From Octopus sinensis (taxonomy: Eukaryota): a DNA stretch of 64,000 bases. Below are positions 26,097-39,255 of this stretch, piece after piece (position 1 is the stretch's first letter; each line of letters begins with the position of its first letter). The notes beneath the pieces are model-generated. The model had not been told where the DNA came from, made no database searches, and was given only the letters and a program-made list of their open reading frames with translations. The stretch lies in the NCBI RefSeq assembly GCF_006345805.1, contig NC_042998.1, positions 9,362,001 to 9,426,000 of the forward strand, in the 5' to 3' direction. The position numbers and the translations under genes were made by a program.

Positions 26097-26256
26097 ATAC
26101 ACTCACGGAGTGGTTGGCATTAGGAAGGGCATCCAGCTTGTAGAAACACTGCCAGATCAGACTGGAGCCTGGTGCAGCCTCCTGGCTTCCCAGACCCAGG
26201 TCGAACCGTCCAACCCATGCTAGCATGGAAAACAGACGTTAAACGATGATGATGAT
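26097..26256 (+). mobile_element. Short family C copy
   Basis: Tail only, no modules. Confidence 0.8.
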
Positions 26257-26382
26257 AATACACACATGAAAGTAATATTAAGCTAGTGCCACAAGACTTG
26301 TGATGAAAGCTAGACATATTTTTCTGGTAGATTTCAAATAAATGATACTATTTGAAGTTTTGTTTATAATCAATGCACATAT

Positions 26383-26892
26383 CGGGATTCAAGCCTCTTC
26401 TCCTTATCTCCTCAAAGGCATACAGCATCTCGAAAGAGTCCAGAAGCTGGCTACCCGCATGGTTCTTGGTCTCAAGAATTTATCTTATGAAGAAAGGCTG
26501 AAGACACTCGACCTTTATTCTCTAGAAAAACGACGACGCCGTGGTGATCTCATTCTTGCTCACAACATCATAAGCGGAAGGTGTAACCTCTCGAAAGAGC
26601 TGTTCTTCACTCCTGCTCCAGAGTGTCGGCTGCGGGGTCATTCCGAAAAGCTCTATCTGCGACGATTTCATCTCAATCGAAGGAGAGGGGCTTTCTCCGT
26701 CCGGGTTGCAGATCCGTGGAATAAGCTGCCGGACGAGATGGTGAAGAAGCCGACGACCGCTCGGTTCAAAGTCTCCCTTGACCACAAGTGGCCTGAACTC
26801 TTTACATGAACACCACTCTGTACATAACTCCATGTCCCCCTACATGGCCTTGCTTTTTTGCTTTTTTAGCCAAAAAATTAACTAACTAACTA
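26383..26892 (+). mobile_element. 5'-truncated CR1-clade LINE 3' end
   Basis: Open frame GIQASSPYLLKGIQHLERVQKLATRMV.GL..LSYEERLKTLDLYSLEKRRRRGDLI... is a typical CR1 ORF2 C-terminus. 3'UTR hairpin CCATGT-ccccct-ACATGG at 26830-26847, (TAAC)n tail, TSD acatat at 26377-26382 and 26893-26898. Confidence 0.9.
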
Positions 26893-26972
26893 ACATATGC
26901 ACTCATTTTCATGCACACACACCAATGTGGTTGGCTTCTTCTAGCTTCCACCTATTGAATTCACTTACAAGG

Positions 26973-27199
26973 TACAGTAATCCATCACTGTATCACAGGT
27001 CACCTATCACAGTTTATTATTTAAGCTTACGTCAATTCCTCCGTAGTGTTGTATTGCATTTATAATAAAATAAATATATACAAATTATAAGAATAATAAA
27101 AAAAAATATAAACTGTACAGTGCTGTTTCTACTTCAGATTTTCACCTATCGCAGGGGGTTTTGGGACATAATGCCCATGATAGTCAAGGGATTACTGTA
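26973..27199. mobile_element. pogo/Tigger-like MITE
   Basis: Termini TACAGTAATCC / GGATTACTGTA with TA target. Confidence 0.75.
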
Positions 27200-28699
27200 T
27201 TGGTCAATCCATGGCTATAGTCGATGCCAGTTGACAACATCCACACAGGGGAGGAACTGAACCTTTATGCTAGTCCAAAGTGGATTTTTTAATTACACAG
27301 TCCAGATAAGAAAATACAAACTACAATAACATTAAATGATAATAAAACTTTTTTAATAGCTCTCAGGGGCAGAGGTTTTTGTAGTAATGGTAAAAGAGAT
27401 GGACAACTCAGATTGAAGTGAATTTGTGAACATTTGCCAATCAGCTAAAGTTTTTTTGTTTTTTGGGGTTTTTTTTATGTTGTGTAGAATGTTATCTGTA
27501 TAGTGTAATCACTATGTTAACACCACTTCAATATTTGTGTATGTATGTGTGTGTGTGTATAAAGCACAACCACTATCCTAGGCTTGTTAATAATGCTCCA
27601 TTAGTACAAGCAATATCCCAGATGTGTTGGCAACACTCTAATATAGTTATATTTCAGCTTTGTTAGTGAGTGAGCAACTAATTAGTGCTGAAATATTTCC
27701 TGAACTTCAAGAGGAGACCTAGTGACCTGGTTGTTGTTTTAGCAATGTTTTATATATATATATATATATATATGGAGTTATGAAAGGTTATCAGATAATG
27801 AGATCTAACATTTACAGCGATTTCAAGAGTTTTTAATGGTGTTGCTACATAAGGAGAATGTTGTGCATGACTGGTTTCTTGGTATTCACAGTGATTATGT
27901 CCAAGTGATCTTGAAGCTATAACCTGCCATGTCTCCACTGGAAGATGTTTTTGAGCTTTCTGTTCAAAAGCAGTGCAAAACTGGTAAAAGGATGATATGT
28001 TTGCAGAAATTAGAGAACAGTGTCATTACTATGGGTGTGGCATGGGGAAGAGCAAACATCCCATTCAAGCACAGAAAGAGTCAAACAGTTAGGCTGCATT
28101 ATAGATAAGATTTGGGTCGTTGTACAAGGAGATTCTCATGACATTCAAAGATTTTATTGATGCAATAGAAAAATAATTGGTTTCATTGAAGTCCCCATAA
28201 AGCCAGTAGATTTGGCTCTATGGAAACTGTTACTGAGAAGAGAGAGAGAGATGAGTAAGCATACTTGAACTACAAGATGATTTGTGAAGTATGGGGCTTG
28301 TTGTGTGTTAGGATGTTATACGGGTTGGCTTGATTAGGCAATTATTAGACATTGTTTTTAGTTGTGGGAGAGACCAGAATGGCTGGTCATATTGGGTTTG
28401 GAGTGAGAAATAGGCCAAAAGTAGTTCAAGCTTTGTAGTGTTTAGTGGGCACTGATATGTGGGAGGGTGCTGTCTAATAAACAGGTCAGAATGACATAGA
28501 CATGTGCATGCATACACATATATTCTTAATTTTACTATAAAGTAGATTTTAATCCAAAATTGCTTGTATAATTTTTATTGTAAACTCCACAATTTTAAGA
28601 TAATAGCATTTAAAATGACTTTTTGTTGATACTATTAGAGGTAAACTGTAGTTTAGTTTTTATCAAGGGTCATGGCTATCTAGGGGGGAAAAAGTTATG

Positions 28700-29273
28700 T
28701 GCAGTAATCCCTCACCATATCGCGATTCACCTATCGTGGTTTATTATTTAAGGTTACATCCATTCTCCAATGGTGTTGTTTTTTTCATTTATATGCATCT
28801 GAAAAAATATATATTATGAAACAAAAATAAACACAAAATTTATTACACAAATCTGTTACCACCACGACAGTCAACTATTTGACGCCAAACACGAGTTTGA
28901 TGTTGAATACATCCATGAATTTTCTGCTCAGATAGCTCATCCCAAGACTGCAAGACGGATTCGTGCAATTCATGCCTCGTTGTAGGGTTTTCCAGTTCAA
29001 CTTTATCGGCGAGTCATCTAAAGTTAATAAGGATTCTGCTAATTCCACGTGTAAACATGTGTTGAATAGAACTCACTGAATAAATCTTTATTAAGTGTGT
29101 TGTCAATTGTATGCACCTGACATATGCTAACGTGTATGCAGCCAGACTTTTCACTCAGAGGATACAAATTATAAAAATAATAAAAAAATATACAGTACTG
29201 TTTCTACTTTGGATTTTCACTTCTCACAAGGGTTTTAGAATGTAACACCTGCAATGGTCGAGGGATTACTATA
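28700..29273. mobile_element. Longer copy of the same pogo/Tigger-like non-autonomous element
   Basis: CAGTAATCCCTC / GAGGGATTACT termini; subterminal sequence shared with 26973-27199. Confidence 0.7.
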
Positions 29274-29895
29274 AATGATAATGTCTAATGTTATAAGCGG
29301 CTCTTTCGTGCTACTTTGTATTAGTGAATGCCATATATGCCAGCGTTCTTGAATTTGTCTTTGTGTGACCCTTTCATAAAAGGATGATACTCTAAAAATA
29401 AATTTGCATCTCAGAGTTTTTGACAACTATTGCATATAATTGAACCTTTTGATAACTCAGTTGTGACTGGTTCTTTCATTGACTATCACATGTTAGCAGA
29501 CAATTCAAGACCATTATTACCTTAGTCCCATTCCATTTTTTTGACAGTGTCATCACATCCTTCTATATTTCCCTTTCATTCATCATGCTCTCTCCTTTCT
29601 TTCACCCACCACTGTTCTGTCTTTCTACTTACTTCAGTTTTGATTACGCGTTCTTCTTTACCTTTTTCTTTATGTAAAATAGGATGTGATTTTACAAGTT
29701 ATGCAGAATACTACCTATCTAAAAAAAAGTTGATATTCAAAATGAAGATAATATATGTAAAATATGTGGAAAACTTTGTGCTTTGATACATAGACTAGAA
29801 AAACAAATGTTACACTCAGCAGAATAATTTGAATATTTTGATAAGATAGTATTTTTTGTTAAAATATTCTATAACACTTTTTCTCTCAATTCCAG

Positions 29896-29972
29896 ATATT
29901 TTATCCTGAAACCACTGACATCTATGATAAGAAAAATGTACCACGAGCCATATATTGTGTACATGCTCTCAG
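29896..29972 (+). CDS. IQGAP1: IQGAP1-like coding exon (77 nt)
   Basis: ttccag| acceptor and AG|gtaagt donor. Encodes IFYPETTDIYDKKNVPRAIYCVHAL(S). Confidence 0.95.
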
Positions 29973-30911
29973 GTAAGTCAAATTCTGAACTAGAGTTTTA
30001 ACTTCAATTGTGCTGGGGAGGAATTTTAAAGCAATAAAAAAAATAGCAATATTTCAATTTTATTTTACTCTGGATGAATGCAAACTAATGCAAAAGATAA
30101 CCTTGTTTTTGTGTGAATCTAGTTGTTTTGTATAGTATCTCTTAGAAGACCTTTTTGCCAGCCTCTTGCACAAAAGTAAAAATCTGAATTGCTTTCAAAT
30201 TTGTTAATCCTGAATTAAGGAAATATTTCAAATGTACAGTTACAAAGTATGGCTCACATCTATGATGATGTTTAGTCTCGGGTTAGTCATGACCATCTTG
30301 TCCTCTCGTTTTGCTGCAGTACACATTGGATCACATAATCTTGGTAAATTCAATGATTCAGTTGCTATTTCCAGCCAGTTGAGCAACTGCATATAAACTC
30401 CAAGTAGCGACTGTCTTTAGTGTTATATGAAAGTTAAATAGAATTTTCTTTATGAATTTTAAAATTAGTGGTTTTATTAGAACTGATAGATAAGAGGTTC
30501 AAATATAACTATTACACGATGGGTAGATATATAATTATTTATTTTTGATAATGTTGCTCTAATAATCTTAGTAGGAAAAATATATATTTACATTCTCCTC
30601 TTAAAAAAAAAATCTTTTGTAGAGTAGTTTATTATTTGTATGGCAGGTGTAGTTTTTTAACTTTTTAATTTCATACCATTATAAATTGATATTTAATATT
30701 GGTTTTCTAAGCATCTGAAATTAATGTTTGTTTTTAATTTTTTGCCATTGATGATAACTGTTCTTTGGTGATTTGGAGGAATAACTGGTTGTGTACTATT
30801 TTATAAAATTAGGAACCAAGCAATTAAATTTTTTGGGGGTTAAAAAAGTAAATATTTACATTTATGTATTTGTTTTGGAAGACTCCTGGTGTGAATTGTG
30901 TGTTGAAACAT

Positions 30912-31088
30912 ATATTTCGGGATGGTTAATTTTTTCTTGGAGGAGGGGGTTGTTATTTACTAAATAACCAAATACACTGTATACTTGTTTGTTGCTTCAG
31001 CTTTATTCACCCTTCCACCATACTACACAACATGATTAAAGACAGAATGAGAGAAGAAAAAAGGCAGATACAGTGTAATACATAAACC

Positions 31089-31125
<37 letters not shown>

Positions 31126-31425
31126 TTGAGGAATGACAAAAGAAAGTAAATAAACAAATAAGACTAAATAAAACATGGGTACAAACTATATAGTAAGCAA
31201 ACCCATTTACACACACACAACACACATACTAAACACATAGACACACACACACACACAGATAAGGATACACACCATGGAGAGTTGTGGAAGAGGTCACAGG
31301 AGGTGTGATGAAAGAGTTCAGACAAAGAATACTAAAATAGGTAGAATAATGAAGCTGAAGTGAAGGATGAGTATATAGTGTATGTTTATTTAGCAAAAAG
31401 TAAAAAATGACCATCCTGAAATACA
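30912..31425. mobile_element. Foldback element H3, old copy
   Basis: Inverted ends (tatatttcgggatggttaa / aatgaccatcctgaaatac); hammerhead remnant GAAGA-G-GTCACA-ggagg-TGTGAT-GAAA-GAGTTC-AGACAA at about 31281-31325. Confidence 0.6.
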
Positions 31426-31543
31426 AACAGTAGTAAATATTTAATTGTGTACGCTTTACAAAATAGAATGGAATTATCCTGTTTTTGCTTCATTTAATGA
31501 ATTGTCAAATTTTATAAAATCTATGCTGTGTTCTGGAGTTTAC

Positions 31544-31711
31544 ATAGGCGCAGGAGTGGCTGTGTGGTAAGTAGCTTGTTTACCAACCACATGGTTCCGG
31601 GTTCAGTCCCACTGCGTGGCACCTTGGGCAAGTGTCTTCTACTATAGCCTCAGGCCGACCAAAGCCTTGTGAGTGGATTTGGTAGACGGAAACTGAAAGA
31701 AGCCCGTCATA

Positions 31712-31767
<56 letters not shown>

Positions 31768-31994
31768 TATGCGTGTCTGTGTTTGTGTGAGTGTGTTTGT
31801 CCCCCTAGCATTGCTTGACAACCGATGCTGGTGTGTTTATGTCCCCGTTACTTAGCGGTTTGGCAAAAGAGACCGATAGAATAAGTACTGGGTTTACAAA
31901 AGAATAAGTCCAGGGGTCGAGTTGCTCGATTAAAGGCGGTGCTCCAGCATGGCCGCAATCAAATGACTGAAACAAGTAAAAGAGAGTAAAGAGT
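31544..31994 (+). mobile_element. Family A SINE
   Basis: Complete head (ataggcgcaggagtggc) to tail (gtaaagagt). Confidence 0.9.
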
Positions 31995-34249
31995 ACCAAT
32001 TGTTGTCAAATGTAACCAATCAAAGGTGTTCTAGCCATGACCTTTTCATTTTTTTTTCCTTAGAAGTATGTTTAGGACTACAATATCTAATGGCTTTCCC
32101 TTATTCAAGATAATAGTATATGATTGAGGGAGATTCAGCTGCTATTTCTAACAAGTCAATCATTCCTCCCCATTAGCACAAACGAAGGCTTTTTTGGTTC
32201 ATTATATTTATCAGTTTTTAAAGATTGTGACTACAACGCCAAATTGGTTCCAGACTGGCATAATGAAGTAAACAGTTTAAATTCTACTGCAACTTTGCAT
32301 ACTATTTTCATAATACAAAAAAGTAGGTAAATTACTATTGGAAATTTTGTTACTACCAAATTTGATTTAATTAGAATAATGGTATTTGTCAATTTTCACA
32401 GCCATTCAAATTAATTTCTGCAATATATTGATCTCTATTATCTTGAGCCTTGTGTTGTGTTCAAAGCAAAATGCTATTTATATATCAAGATCAATACTTC
32501 TTTTTAGATTTGTTTTCATAATGACTTCAAACAGACCATACATTTCTTGTGAGAGTATTTTATAGTTGATAAAAATCAACTTTGATATATGCTTGGTACA
32601 TATTTTATCAAACCCAAGAGAGTTGGAAAGGTAAAGTGAAATTCTGCAGCTCAGAAAGTAGGAGGAGAAAAACTAAATACTGTATTTTTAGTTCAGCATT
32701 CTACCATTTGTGCAGCCTTTAAAATTACTAACAATAAAAAAAAATTTAATTTTTGATTTTGTCTTTGTGTGTGTGTGTGTGTGTTGGTTTGGTTATTTTT
32801 TTTTCTCCTTATATGAGGAAAAGTTGATATTTGCTGATTATGCTCGAGATATTTCTCTCATCCAAACTGTAAAGCATTTAATATTTGTAAATTTGTTAAA
32901 TATTATCTGCTCAATATTTGTTAAAATGGGTGAGGTTGTTGGGGTGGGGGGAGGCTTGTAAGTTTTAAGTGTTTGCATTCTCTCTCTCTCTCTCTCTCTC
33001 TCTCATTCTGCATGCAGCAAGAAACTCTGAGTAGCAGCAGAGTGAATCATTAGCTTCAAATAAAATTCACTGAATATTTAGCAATTGTAGGCTTTATATT
33101 TCAAGGTTTTATTAATTAGTCATAAATGTATCTCTTTCCAAAAATTCGAAATTTAGAACAACCTAATTTAATTGGAATGATTTTGTTTTGACTGATGATT
33201 TCACATAAACATTTTGTTATGGTATTGACAGTAGACGGTCTCTCTTCATCCTGTTTGCTGTTATGTGTCTACTAAACCAGAAGAAGCTAAATGAACCATT
33301 TCACAATTAATTCTAAATGCTTTATTTTTTTTCTTTTTGTGCTTTTGATATGTTGTTAAAATTCATTCTTTGAACAAAATTCTTCTCAACTTCATAAGTC
33401 AGCATTTTTACATCCACTTCTTCCATGCTGCATTGGGTTGGATAAAAGCCAATTTTATAGCCAATTGCCCTCCCTGTCACCATCTCGTTTTATACCAGTA
33501 AAGTATTTGTATTCCATTTGTTTTCACATGCAACAAAATCACTAAACTACGGGGAAATATTTTTGAAACTTAAACCCTGCTTTTGCTCATACGGTAACAA
33601 TGTACAGACATGTGGAAATTCACAAGCTCACGACACACTAATGCTTACTTTTATATATGCATGTGTGTGTGTGTGTATTCATGTTAAATGTTTGTGTCTG
33701 AGAATAAATGTATGTGTGTGTATATATGCATGTGCGTGTAAACATGTAAGTGTATATGTTTATGTGTATATATGCCTTTATGCAGTATGTATGCAGTAAG
33801 TTTGCTCCAGAGAATGTCAAACCAACAGAAAAGCATAATTCCCAGACATAGGAAAATTCTAATGAGATGACAAAGATCTCAAATTGTCTAAAAGGCCACT
33901 AAAGGATGGTGAGGAACTGTATCTCAAACAAGCACTGTTTAAAATAAACTCAAACACTTCCATGAAAATAAGAGGGGCCAGGGCTGTAAAAAATTTAAAG
34001 ACAAATCTTCTATTAGATTTGCAAAAGTCTGCTTCAGTACAATACAAGATAGGATCACAGTTCAAAGAAAATGACTCACTGAATGCAGATCTCTAAAGGA
34101 TAAGTGAAATACTGAATAAGTAATACAAGATTGTTTTCACATCTCCGTTGGGACACTTGCAAATAAATCTGCCAAATGAGTTCATTGACACTACAGCTCT
34201 AAACAAAAAGGTATCTAGCCTTTTGGCTGAAACATGTGTCTATATTGAT

Positions 34250-34552
34250 CTGTGTGGGAGTTTGTGTGTGTGTGTGCGTCTATGTGGGAGTTTGTGTGTT
34301 TGTGTCTGTCAGTTTGTGTGTGCACATGTCTGTGTGGGAGTTTGTGTGTGTGTGCGTCTATGTGGGAGTTTGTGTGTGCGCGTGTCTATATCAGTTTGTG
34401 TGTGCATGTGTCTGAGTGGGAGTTTGTGTGTGCGTTTGTCAGTGTGTGGGAGTTTGTGTGCATGTCTCTTTGTGTATATGTGTGTGTAGGAGTTTGCATG
34501 TATGTGGGGGGGTTGCCTATGTATGTGTGGGTGGGGGAGTTTGTGTGTGTAT
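34250..34552 (+). repeat. TG-rich minisatellite built on tgtgtgggagtttgtgtg
   Basis: Repeated gggagttt cores between (TG)n runs. Confidence 0.85.
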
Positions 34553-35023
34553 TTTCATGTATATGAGCTTATATCTGCTCAGATGTACCTGCATATATGC
34601 ATCTACATGAATGCATATGTACATGTGGGTGCATGTGTGCATGTAGATATATGTCTGTGTAAACATATATGATGTTCTCAAGTGCTATTAGTAACATGCA
34701 ACGCAGTACAACTTGTTGCATAGTCAGCACCACCGAGCGTACTTGGTGAGTAGGGTGGATTTTGGATGGTTTATGGGTGAAAACAAGACCCAGCAAAGGG
34801 CTGATGAAATCACAAGTGTTAGCATCTATCCAATTACGTGATTGTGTGTGTGCATGTACAAGGATATAAACATTTCTGGTTTGGTACCCAGGTGCACATT
34901 TAGCCTACCAGGGTGGGTTGAACTCAACATTGCAAAGGCAACTAACCCAGATGGAGAACTTTAATAGAAAACCCTGAAGTATGCTGCTCATTGAGTTTGT
35001 GGCAAACATTTGATATCAACATG

Positions 35024-35201
35024 ATTTACATTTGATGGATATTTGTCCTCATCTTGTTTGTTGTTAACACGTTTTGGCTGATATACCCTCCAGCCTTCAT
35101 CAGGTGTCTTGGTGAAATTTCGAACCTGGGTTCTCATTCCTGAGGTATTTTTTGATGTTATTGTTATTCAGGTCACTGCTTGGAATCGAACTAGGAATCT
35201 T
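35024..35201 (-). mobile_element. Family H2 copy, 5'-truncated, inactive hammerhead
   Basis: Reverse complement of about 39826-40020. Keeps the B box, but the hammerhead has G12->A and has lost the 3-nt cleavage segment. Confidence 0.8.
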
Positions 35202-36014
35202 TCCATCATCACTGTTGTCTTGCTCTGAAACCCTACACAAAATACTTTCCCCCCAATTATTGCCTATGTTTTCCTAAATATTTTGACTTACTGAAGTTCA
35301 AATGGAACATTAATCTCAGAAGTGTCAACAGCCGAGTAGGATTTACTAATTCCTGGATGCTGACTAAGTTATAATAAATTTTGTTGAAGAAGCCAAAATG
35401 CAGCTTCAATTGATAATTTTCTTTTTTAATCTAAATAATGTGACTTATTAAACTTTCTACTCTACTCTAAATAGCTTTTGTTTTTAACATATTTATCATC
35501 TTACAACTTCCTATGGTAATGCAGACGACCATTAATGCTTTAAGTCTTTTCGCATCTCTCTCTAATTAAACACACTTAGAATATATTTACCAACCATCAT
35601 GAACAAAATCAGCAAATCAATGAATAATAGTTATCTCAACTAAACACCATAAAAATCATAAATCAGTTGTCTCTTTGAAACCATTTGTGTTATTTGTTAT
35701 TAATTTTTTATCACATTTTGTGAACAATAGCCTTGTTGGATATATTTTTCCAACAGCCAATCTCTGGTTGATTCACTACCTTTAGGATGGCAAATGTGAC
35801 AAGCAAGCCTCCATACAAATTGGGTGAAACAGATGCAATAGGTTATTTTGTTTGAAAGTACTGGCTTTAGCAGTTTTCTTGCCAAAGTTTATATCTTTTT
35901 ACCAATTTACACGACTAAATAATACACACCCACACGTGTGTGATGGGCCTTCACCAAATGCTACTTAACAAGGCATTGATCAAGCTTAACCCATGGCAGA
36001 AGATAATTGCTTAA

Positions 36015-36304
36015 GTGTCGGTGGCACGTAAAATGCACCAATCCAATCGTGGCCGTTGCCAGCCTCGCCTGACACCTGTGCAGGTGGCACATAAAATGCA
36101 CCAATCCGATCATGGCAGGTGGCCCGTAAAAAAGCACCCACTACACTCACAGAGTGGTTGGCATTAGGAAGGGCATCCAGCTGTAGAAACACTGCCAGAT
36201 CAGACTGGAGGCTGGTGCAGCCTTCTGGCTTCCCAGATCCCCGGTCGAACCGTCCAACCCATGCTAGCATGGAGAACGGACGTTAAACGATGGTGATGAT
36301 GATG
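36015..36304 (+). mobile_element. Family C copy
   Basis: Three modules plus tail. Confidence 0.85.
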
Positions 36305-36623
36305 TCATGCAGTGGGACAAATCTGGAGCCATGTGGTTGCAAACTGCTTAATCAAACAGCTCTGCCTGCATCTTTGAGAGAAATACCTCTGAAAATAAAA
36401 TAATCTTGGTGTTATATTAAATATAACTTCCAAATAACATAACCAGATATCAAAAAAATTTCATACTCTTTCATCAGACTAGGCTTTACAGGTTAAAAAC
36501 ACTGACTTTTATAATAAAGCTCCAGTCTTTAAGGATATGGAAAAATTTTGAAACAGTAAGATTTATTGTTGTATTTTGGGATGGTCATTTTTTGCCCCCC
36601 ACCAAATAAACACACGCACTATC

Positions 36624-36825
36624 TCTCTTTCTCTTTTACTTGTTTCGGTCATTTGACTGCGGCCATGCTGGAGCACCGCCTTTAATCGAGCAAATCGACC
36701 CCAGGACTTATTCTTTGTAAGCCCAGTACTTATTCTATCGGTCTCTTTTGCCGAACCACTAAGTGACGGGGACGTAAACACACCAGCATCGGTTGTCAAG
36801 CAATGCCAGGGGGACAGACACACAA

Positions 36826-36856
<31 letters not shown>

Positions 36857-37038
36857 CATACATACATACATATGACGGGCTTCTTTCAGTTTCCGTCTAC
36901 CAAATCCACTCACAAGGCTTTGGTCGGCCCTGGGCTATAGCAGAAGACACTTGCCCAAGATGCCACACAGTGGGACTGAACCCGGAACCATGTGGTTGGT
37001 TAGCAAGCTACTTACCACACAACCACTCCTGCACCTAT
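36624..37038 (-). mobile_element. Family A SINE
   Basis: Full family match on the minus strand. Confidence 0.9.
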
Positions 37039-37232
37039 GTATTCGTTTTTCACCAGTTCATTACTGTTCTTATTCTAACTCATGTCTATTGTCCGGAAGT
37101 CTTTTGTCACACATCTGTGAATTCTTCAGTGACACTTTCCGTCCATCCTCGTGTGTGCTTCTGCTCTACTCTGCTTAGTCCATTCTCTGATGGACTAAGT
37201 GAAGCAGGAGCACACGTGAGGATAGAAACGGT

Positions 37233-37276
37233 CTTCACTGAAGAGGTCACAGATGTGTGACAAAAGATCTCTGCCA
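37233..37276 (+). ncRNA. Type I hammerhead ribozyme motif (H3, right arm), G12->A
   Basis: CTGAAGA at 37238-37244, stem II GTCACA-gatg-TGTGAC, AAAA in place of GAAA, palindromic AGATCT at 37265-37270, C17 at 37271. Confidence 0.6.
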
Positions 37277-38632
37277 ATTGACATGAGTTAGAATAAGAAC
37301 AGTAATAAACAAGTGAAGACCGAATGTGTATAGTGTGTGTGTTTGTGTGTTGGCCAAAAAAGAAAAAAGCGACAGGAAAAGTGACCATCCTGAAATACAA
37401 TATCTGTTTCAGGAAACAGTTTCACATCAGGAATCTTGCAACATAAATTCATAAAAATATTTATATTTTTGCTAAAATATGTCATTCAACATTAGTTAAA
37501 CTACATTTTTTGCCAATGAGAGTGTAATTGAAAATCTAATTTATAAGAGCATTAGTTCCTTAGCTCCTTCTCACTTTACTATTTTCCTTGACTCATTTCT
37601 AATCTACTTTCAGTAATTACTTCAAACTGTACTCAGTGATAGTCATGGTAGACAATGTATATAACACTACAGTCTTATCAATAGAAAATACTGCTGCCTG
37701 TTATTAGAAAATGTCCAACCATTTTGAACTTCAAAAGGAAGCTGAATTTTTTTTTTTTTATTTCTCATAGATTGTACTTTGTAAATCTAATACGTATCCT
37801 TACCATAACATCTAACAACCTTACTGTACTCTGGAATCATACTTAGTTTGCCAATATAGAAGTCGCTGTGCTATAGAAGCGTTTCATCATTCAAGTAGTT
37901 TTCTTCCTCTACTCTCTTAACCAAACATCTGTCAACTACATTTCTATTGACCTGTTCGTAACCCAGCTTTCCTCCCTAGCTCACTAATATACTTCCTACT
38001 ATTATTTCTGCAGCAACACTAGCACACTGCTCCCAGTTTATCTGCAGCATTTCAGTAATTATAAGAAAATTTAAAAGAACCTTATTCCATTTAGGACTGC
38101 ATTACTTGACACACTCTCTCTCTCATATACACACACACACATCTTTGTGTATGTGTGTATTCAAATTAATTTCCTTCAGTTCTGACAATATAGACATTTC
38201 AAAGGTATAGAGAAAAATATGACTAAATGCAATATTTATATAAATGTAACAATGCAAATATAGGTCACAATGAATACATATTCTGACAGATGTTTTCTTC
38301 TAGCTTAATGACAAGTTAAAATTTAGTGTTTACATGATAAGCAGTTTTCAAAATTAAAACTTTCTAAGAAATCTTGAATTAGTTTGTAGACTTTTACATT
38401 AGATCTTACAGCTTTTCTGCCACATCTGTAAACTGCTTATAATTAATGTGCAAAGAAAAGAAAATAGAAGCGTTATATATGTGGACAGGATGTATAAGCT
38501 ATATGACACTCAACAAAGTACCAACATCATTTATATTCTGTGTCACCATAAAGTTATTTTGATATTGTCGTTATTTGAAAATTCTTCCAGGCAACAAAAT
38601 TTTAATTGAACTAATATATTATGTATATATTC

Positions 38633-38842
38633 AAGGCAACAAGCTGGTACAGTAGTCAGCATGCTGGGCAAAATGCTTAGTGGGATTTCGTCCATCTTTT
38701 ACATTCTGAGTTCAAATTGTGCTGAGGTTGACTTTGCCTTTTATCCTTCTGGGTTCGATAAAATAAGGACCAGTTAATCTGTGGGGTCAATGTAATCAAC
38801 TTGTCCCCCTCCCCTGAAATTGCTGGCCTTGTGAAAAAATTT
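38633..38842 (+). mobile_element. Old family B-like SINE
   Basis: Diverged head, gagttcaaattg B box, gactttgccttttatcc central motif. Similar old copies at 39455-39650 and 55255-55952. Confidence 0.65.
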
Positions 38843-38998
38843 GAGTGACTGTGTGGTAAGTAGCTTGCTTATCAACTACATGGTTCCGGGTTCAGTCCCA
38901 CTGCGTGGCATCTTGGGCAAGTGTCTTCTACTATAGCCTCAGGCCGACCAAAGCCTTGTGAGTGGATTTGGTAGACAGAAACTGAAAGGAGCTCGTCG

Positions 38999-39043
<45 letters not shown>

Positions 39044-39255
39044 ATGTTTGTGTGTCTGTGTTTGTCCCCCTAGCATTGCTTGACAACCGATGCTGGTGTA
39101 TTTATGTCCCTGTCACTTAGCGGTTCGGCAAAAGAGACCGATAGAATAAGTACTGGGCTTACAAAGAATAAGTGCTGGGGTCGATTTGCTCGACTAAAGG
39201 TGGTGCTCCAGCATGGCTGCAGTCACATGACTGAAACAAGTAAGAGTAAAAGAGT
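38843..39255 (+). mobile_element. Family A SINE
   Basis: Family match. Confidence 0.9.

Larger units (their letters stand above)
36570..37400. mobile_element. Foldback element H3 with hammerhead motifs in both arms; left arm interrupted by a family A SINE
   Basis: Arms 36570-36622 plus 37039-37183 vs 37190-37400, centred on the perfect stem CTTAGTCCAT-tctctg-ATGGACTAAG. Confidence 0.75.

Noticed and set aside
34801-34860. CTGATGA heptamer, also near 349, 16103, 33193, 41275 and 48275
   Set aside because: No stem II followed by GAAA and no stem I partner, so no hammerhead fold.
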